64,000 nucleotides of DNA. It comes from Methanoregula sp. (GTDB lineage: Archaea; Halobacteriota; Methanomicrobia; Methanomicrobiales; Methanospirillaceae). The stretch lies in NCBI GenBank assembly GCA_039698055.1, contig JBDKTL010000007.1, forward strand, positions 53,884 to 117,883. The letters run 5' to 3'. Positions 62,885 to 64,000 of the stretch are shown here, piece after piece. The notes beneath the pieces are model-generated. The model did not search any database, was not told the origin of the DNA, and saw nothing but the letters and a program-made list of their open reading frames with translations. A program made the position numbers and the translations under genes. Every line of letters begins with the position of its first letter. Position 1 is the stretch's first letter.

Positions 62885-64000
62885 TCAGGATACCTTCCTG
62901 AATATCCCTTTTGGAATATGAATTTCGAAACGTGCACCTTTGCCAGGTTCCCCTGTTTCCCGGATAGTCATGCCAGTCATTGCCAGTACTTCCGCGACAA
63001 AAAACAATCCAAGACCCGTATGGGTGCCAAAACCTTTCTCAAAAATTTTCTCTTTATCGGTGTAGGGAATCCCTTTGCCGTCGTCTTCGATAACGAGGAC
63101 AAATCCCGAAGGCGTCATCTCTCCACTGACATGTATCCGTATATCTTTTTTCCCGTGCATAACGGCATTTTCAAAGAGATTGTGCAGGACCATTTTAAAG
63201 AGCGGATCGGAAAAAATATCCATGCCGGTAAGGAGGGCATCGATCGTGACGTTCTGAAAACGTCCATCCCTGCACGCACTCCGTGCAGCAACACAGATGT
63301 TCTGCCAGCCCGGGTCCTCTATACCGATATCCTGGTACATCTGGGTAAACGAGATCTGGCTTTGAATGACTTTTCCGGTCTTTACTGCTTTTTTCAGGAG
63401 CGTTTTAACTTCAGGGTCGGTATTTTTTTCATCGATAAAATCGAGGTATGCCTGGAGGGCGGTCAGCTGGTTAAGGATATCATGGCGGGTGATACCGGAA
63501 AGAAGGTTAAGTTTTTTATTGGCTTCATGGAGTGCATGATCGGCGCGCCGGCGATCCGTAATATCCCTTCCAACGGACTGGTACTCGGTCACCGTACCTG
63601 TTGTATCAAAGATTGCCCGGTCAGACCACTGCTGCCACCTGATTTCACCATCCGGCATCCGGATGCGGTGTTCGATTGTATGTACAGGGTGATCCAAGGT
63701 TATGGCAGCAAAATGTGCACGGATTCGCGGGAGATCTTCCTTTGGAATATCCGGAATAAAGTGCTTGCCGATAATCTCGTCCCGCTGTTTTCCGAAGTAC
63801 CGGCAGTACGCCCCATTGACAAACCTGTGGGACCCATCGGGTGAAAAGCGGCAGATGAATTCGGTCTGGTCCTCGACCACATCCTCGTACCGCTCTTTAG
63901 TCTCGCGGAGCTCCTCCTGGCTTTTACTCAGCTCATCATAATTCTGCCGGAGTTCTTCTTCGGTTGCGGTGAGTTGCTCATACGCCGCATTCAGCTCTTC
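62885..64000 (-). CDS. PAS-domain sensor histidine kinase (5' part outside window)
   Basis: Frame open from 64000 (EELNAAYEQL...); PAS/PAC, TRHDILNQL H-box, NAVMHG, DDGKG and GLGL. Confidence 0.93.
   Translation of the reverse strand, partial: EELNAAYEQLTATEEELRQNYDELSKSQEELRETKERYEDVVEDQTEFICRFSPDGSHRFVNGAYCRYFGKQRDEIIGKHFIPDIPKEDLPRIRAHFAAITLDHPVHTIEHRIRMPDGEIRWQQWSDRAIFDTTGTVTEYQSVGRDITDRRRADHALHEANKKLNLLSGITRHDILNQLTALQAYLDFIDEKNTDPEVKTLLKKAVKTGKVIQSQISFTQMYQDIGIEDPGWQNICVAARSACRDGRFQNVTIDALLTGMDIFSDPLFKMVLHNLFENAVMHGKKDIRIHVSGEMTPSGFVLVIEDDGKGIPYTDKEKIFEKGFGTHTGLGLFFVAEVLAMTGMTIRETGEPGKGARFEIHIPKGIFRKVS

Overview
This is a gene-dense archaeal window. TfrAB, the six-gene Ech hydrogenase, two CofH paralogs, PolD DP1, archaeal RibC and TrpB2 point to a hydrogenotrophic methanogen, most likely Methanomicrobiales/Methanoregula-like (inference). 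Most of it is housekeeping: purM, purE, lysC, argCJB, ribCH, thiC, acs, hppA. It also holds an oxidative-stress cluster (~6.8-16.2 kb), a Yip1/COG1361/MacB-type ABC operon and an AT-rich type II restriction-modification pair. I saw no tRNA, rRNA, CRISPR array or transposase. Signals that ordinary annotation does not explain: (1) a Trx-Trx-CcdA/DsbD-like gene split by a -1 frameshift exactly at an A10 run before a stop codon; (2) a ~210-nt structured leader of hppA with an apparent anti-SD/anti-anti-SD switch; (3) a ~1.5-kb AAA+ ATPase islet flanked by two alleles of the thiC 3' end, with no integrase; (4) two clusters of GTAC-containing, G/C-tract, REP/REPIN-like repeats in convergent intergenic regions, one where a flavodoxin gene is truncated; (5) small ORFs missed by the ORF track. 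All calls come from motif recognition by eye; no searches were run.
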